Positions 63,756 to 64,000 of a stretch of 64,000 nucleotides of DNA are shown here, piece after piece. Within the stretch, counting starts at the first letter, position 1; each line of letters begins with the position of its first letter. Position numbers and translations under genes: made by a program. Source of the DNA: Heterodontus francisci. Taxonomy: Eukaryota. The notes beneath the pieces were generated by a model. It worked only from the letters and a program-made list of their open reading frames with translations. It made no database searches and was not told where the DNA came from. The DNA lies in the NCBI RefSeq assembly GCF_036365525.1, contig NC_090383.1, forward strand, positions 92,632,164 to 92,696,163, in the 5' to 3' direction.

Positions 63756-64000
63756 GGGCTGGATATTCCCAGCCCCGTGGAGGCAGTTGTGGGGGCAGGG
63801 GATGGGCAGGAAAATAGGGGGAAGCCATGTTGGAATGGCTGCATGACACCTTTCCCACTGCTGGTGAACTTTTCCAGGGTCAGGCTCATAACAGAATTGG
63901 CTGCCTACTCAACAAAGGCGGGCAGACAATTAGGGTGGCTAAGGGTCCAATTAGGGGCGATTTTGCGGCGTCGCTGGAAGTTTTCCCACGGGCGGAGAGG
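63756..64000. mobile_element. Harbinger-type MITE left end, runs off window
   Basis: GGGCTGGATATTCCCAGCCC start like 39398. Confidence 0.55.

Overview
Vertebrate genomic DNA dominated by transposons, with no recognisable intact host gene; it is probably intronic or intergenic. The repeat set points to a shark or ray (inference): HE1-type V-SINEs sharing a tail with HER1/CR1 LINEs, SacSINE1-like Deu-SINEs, Tx1-type LINEs and Penelope-type termini. The window holds CR1, L2 and Tx1 LINE fragments and a near full-length frameshifted RTE LINE (42250-46540) with a non-autonomous derivative (10472-11388). It also holds an RT-less Gypsy element with both LTRs (29239-32788), two solo LTRs, two hAT MITEs with 8-bp TSDs, many Harbinger-type MITEs with 3-bp TSDs, and Harbinger transposase and Myb remnants. 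Most notable: (1) a LINE whose 5' end is a tRNA-derived SINE head with no visible ORF1, plus SINEs that look like its head+tail deletion products; (2) a bipartite RTE derivative with a foreign CpG-rich head; (3) an in-frame protease-integrase junction lacking RT/RNase H; (4) hammerhead cores in a Penelope palindrome; (5) two local inverted copies. Family names come from motif recognition, not database searches. Boundaries without TSDs are approximate.
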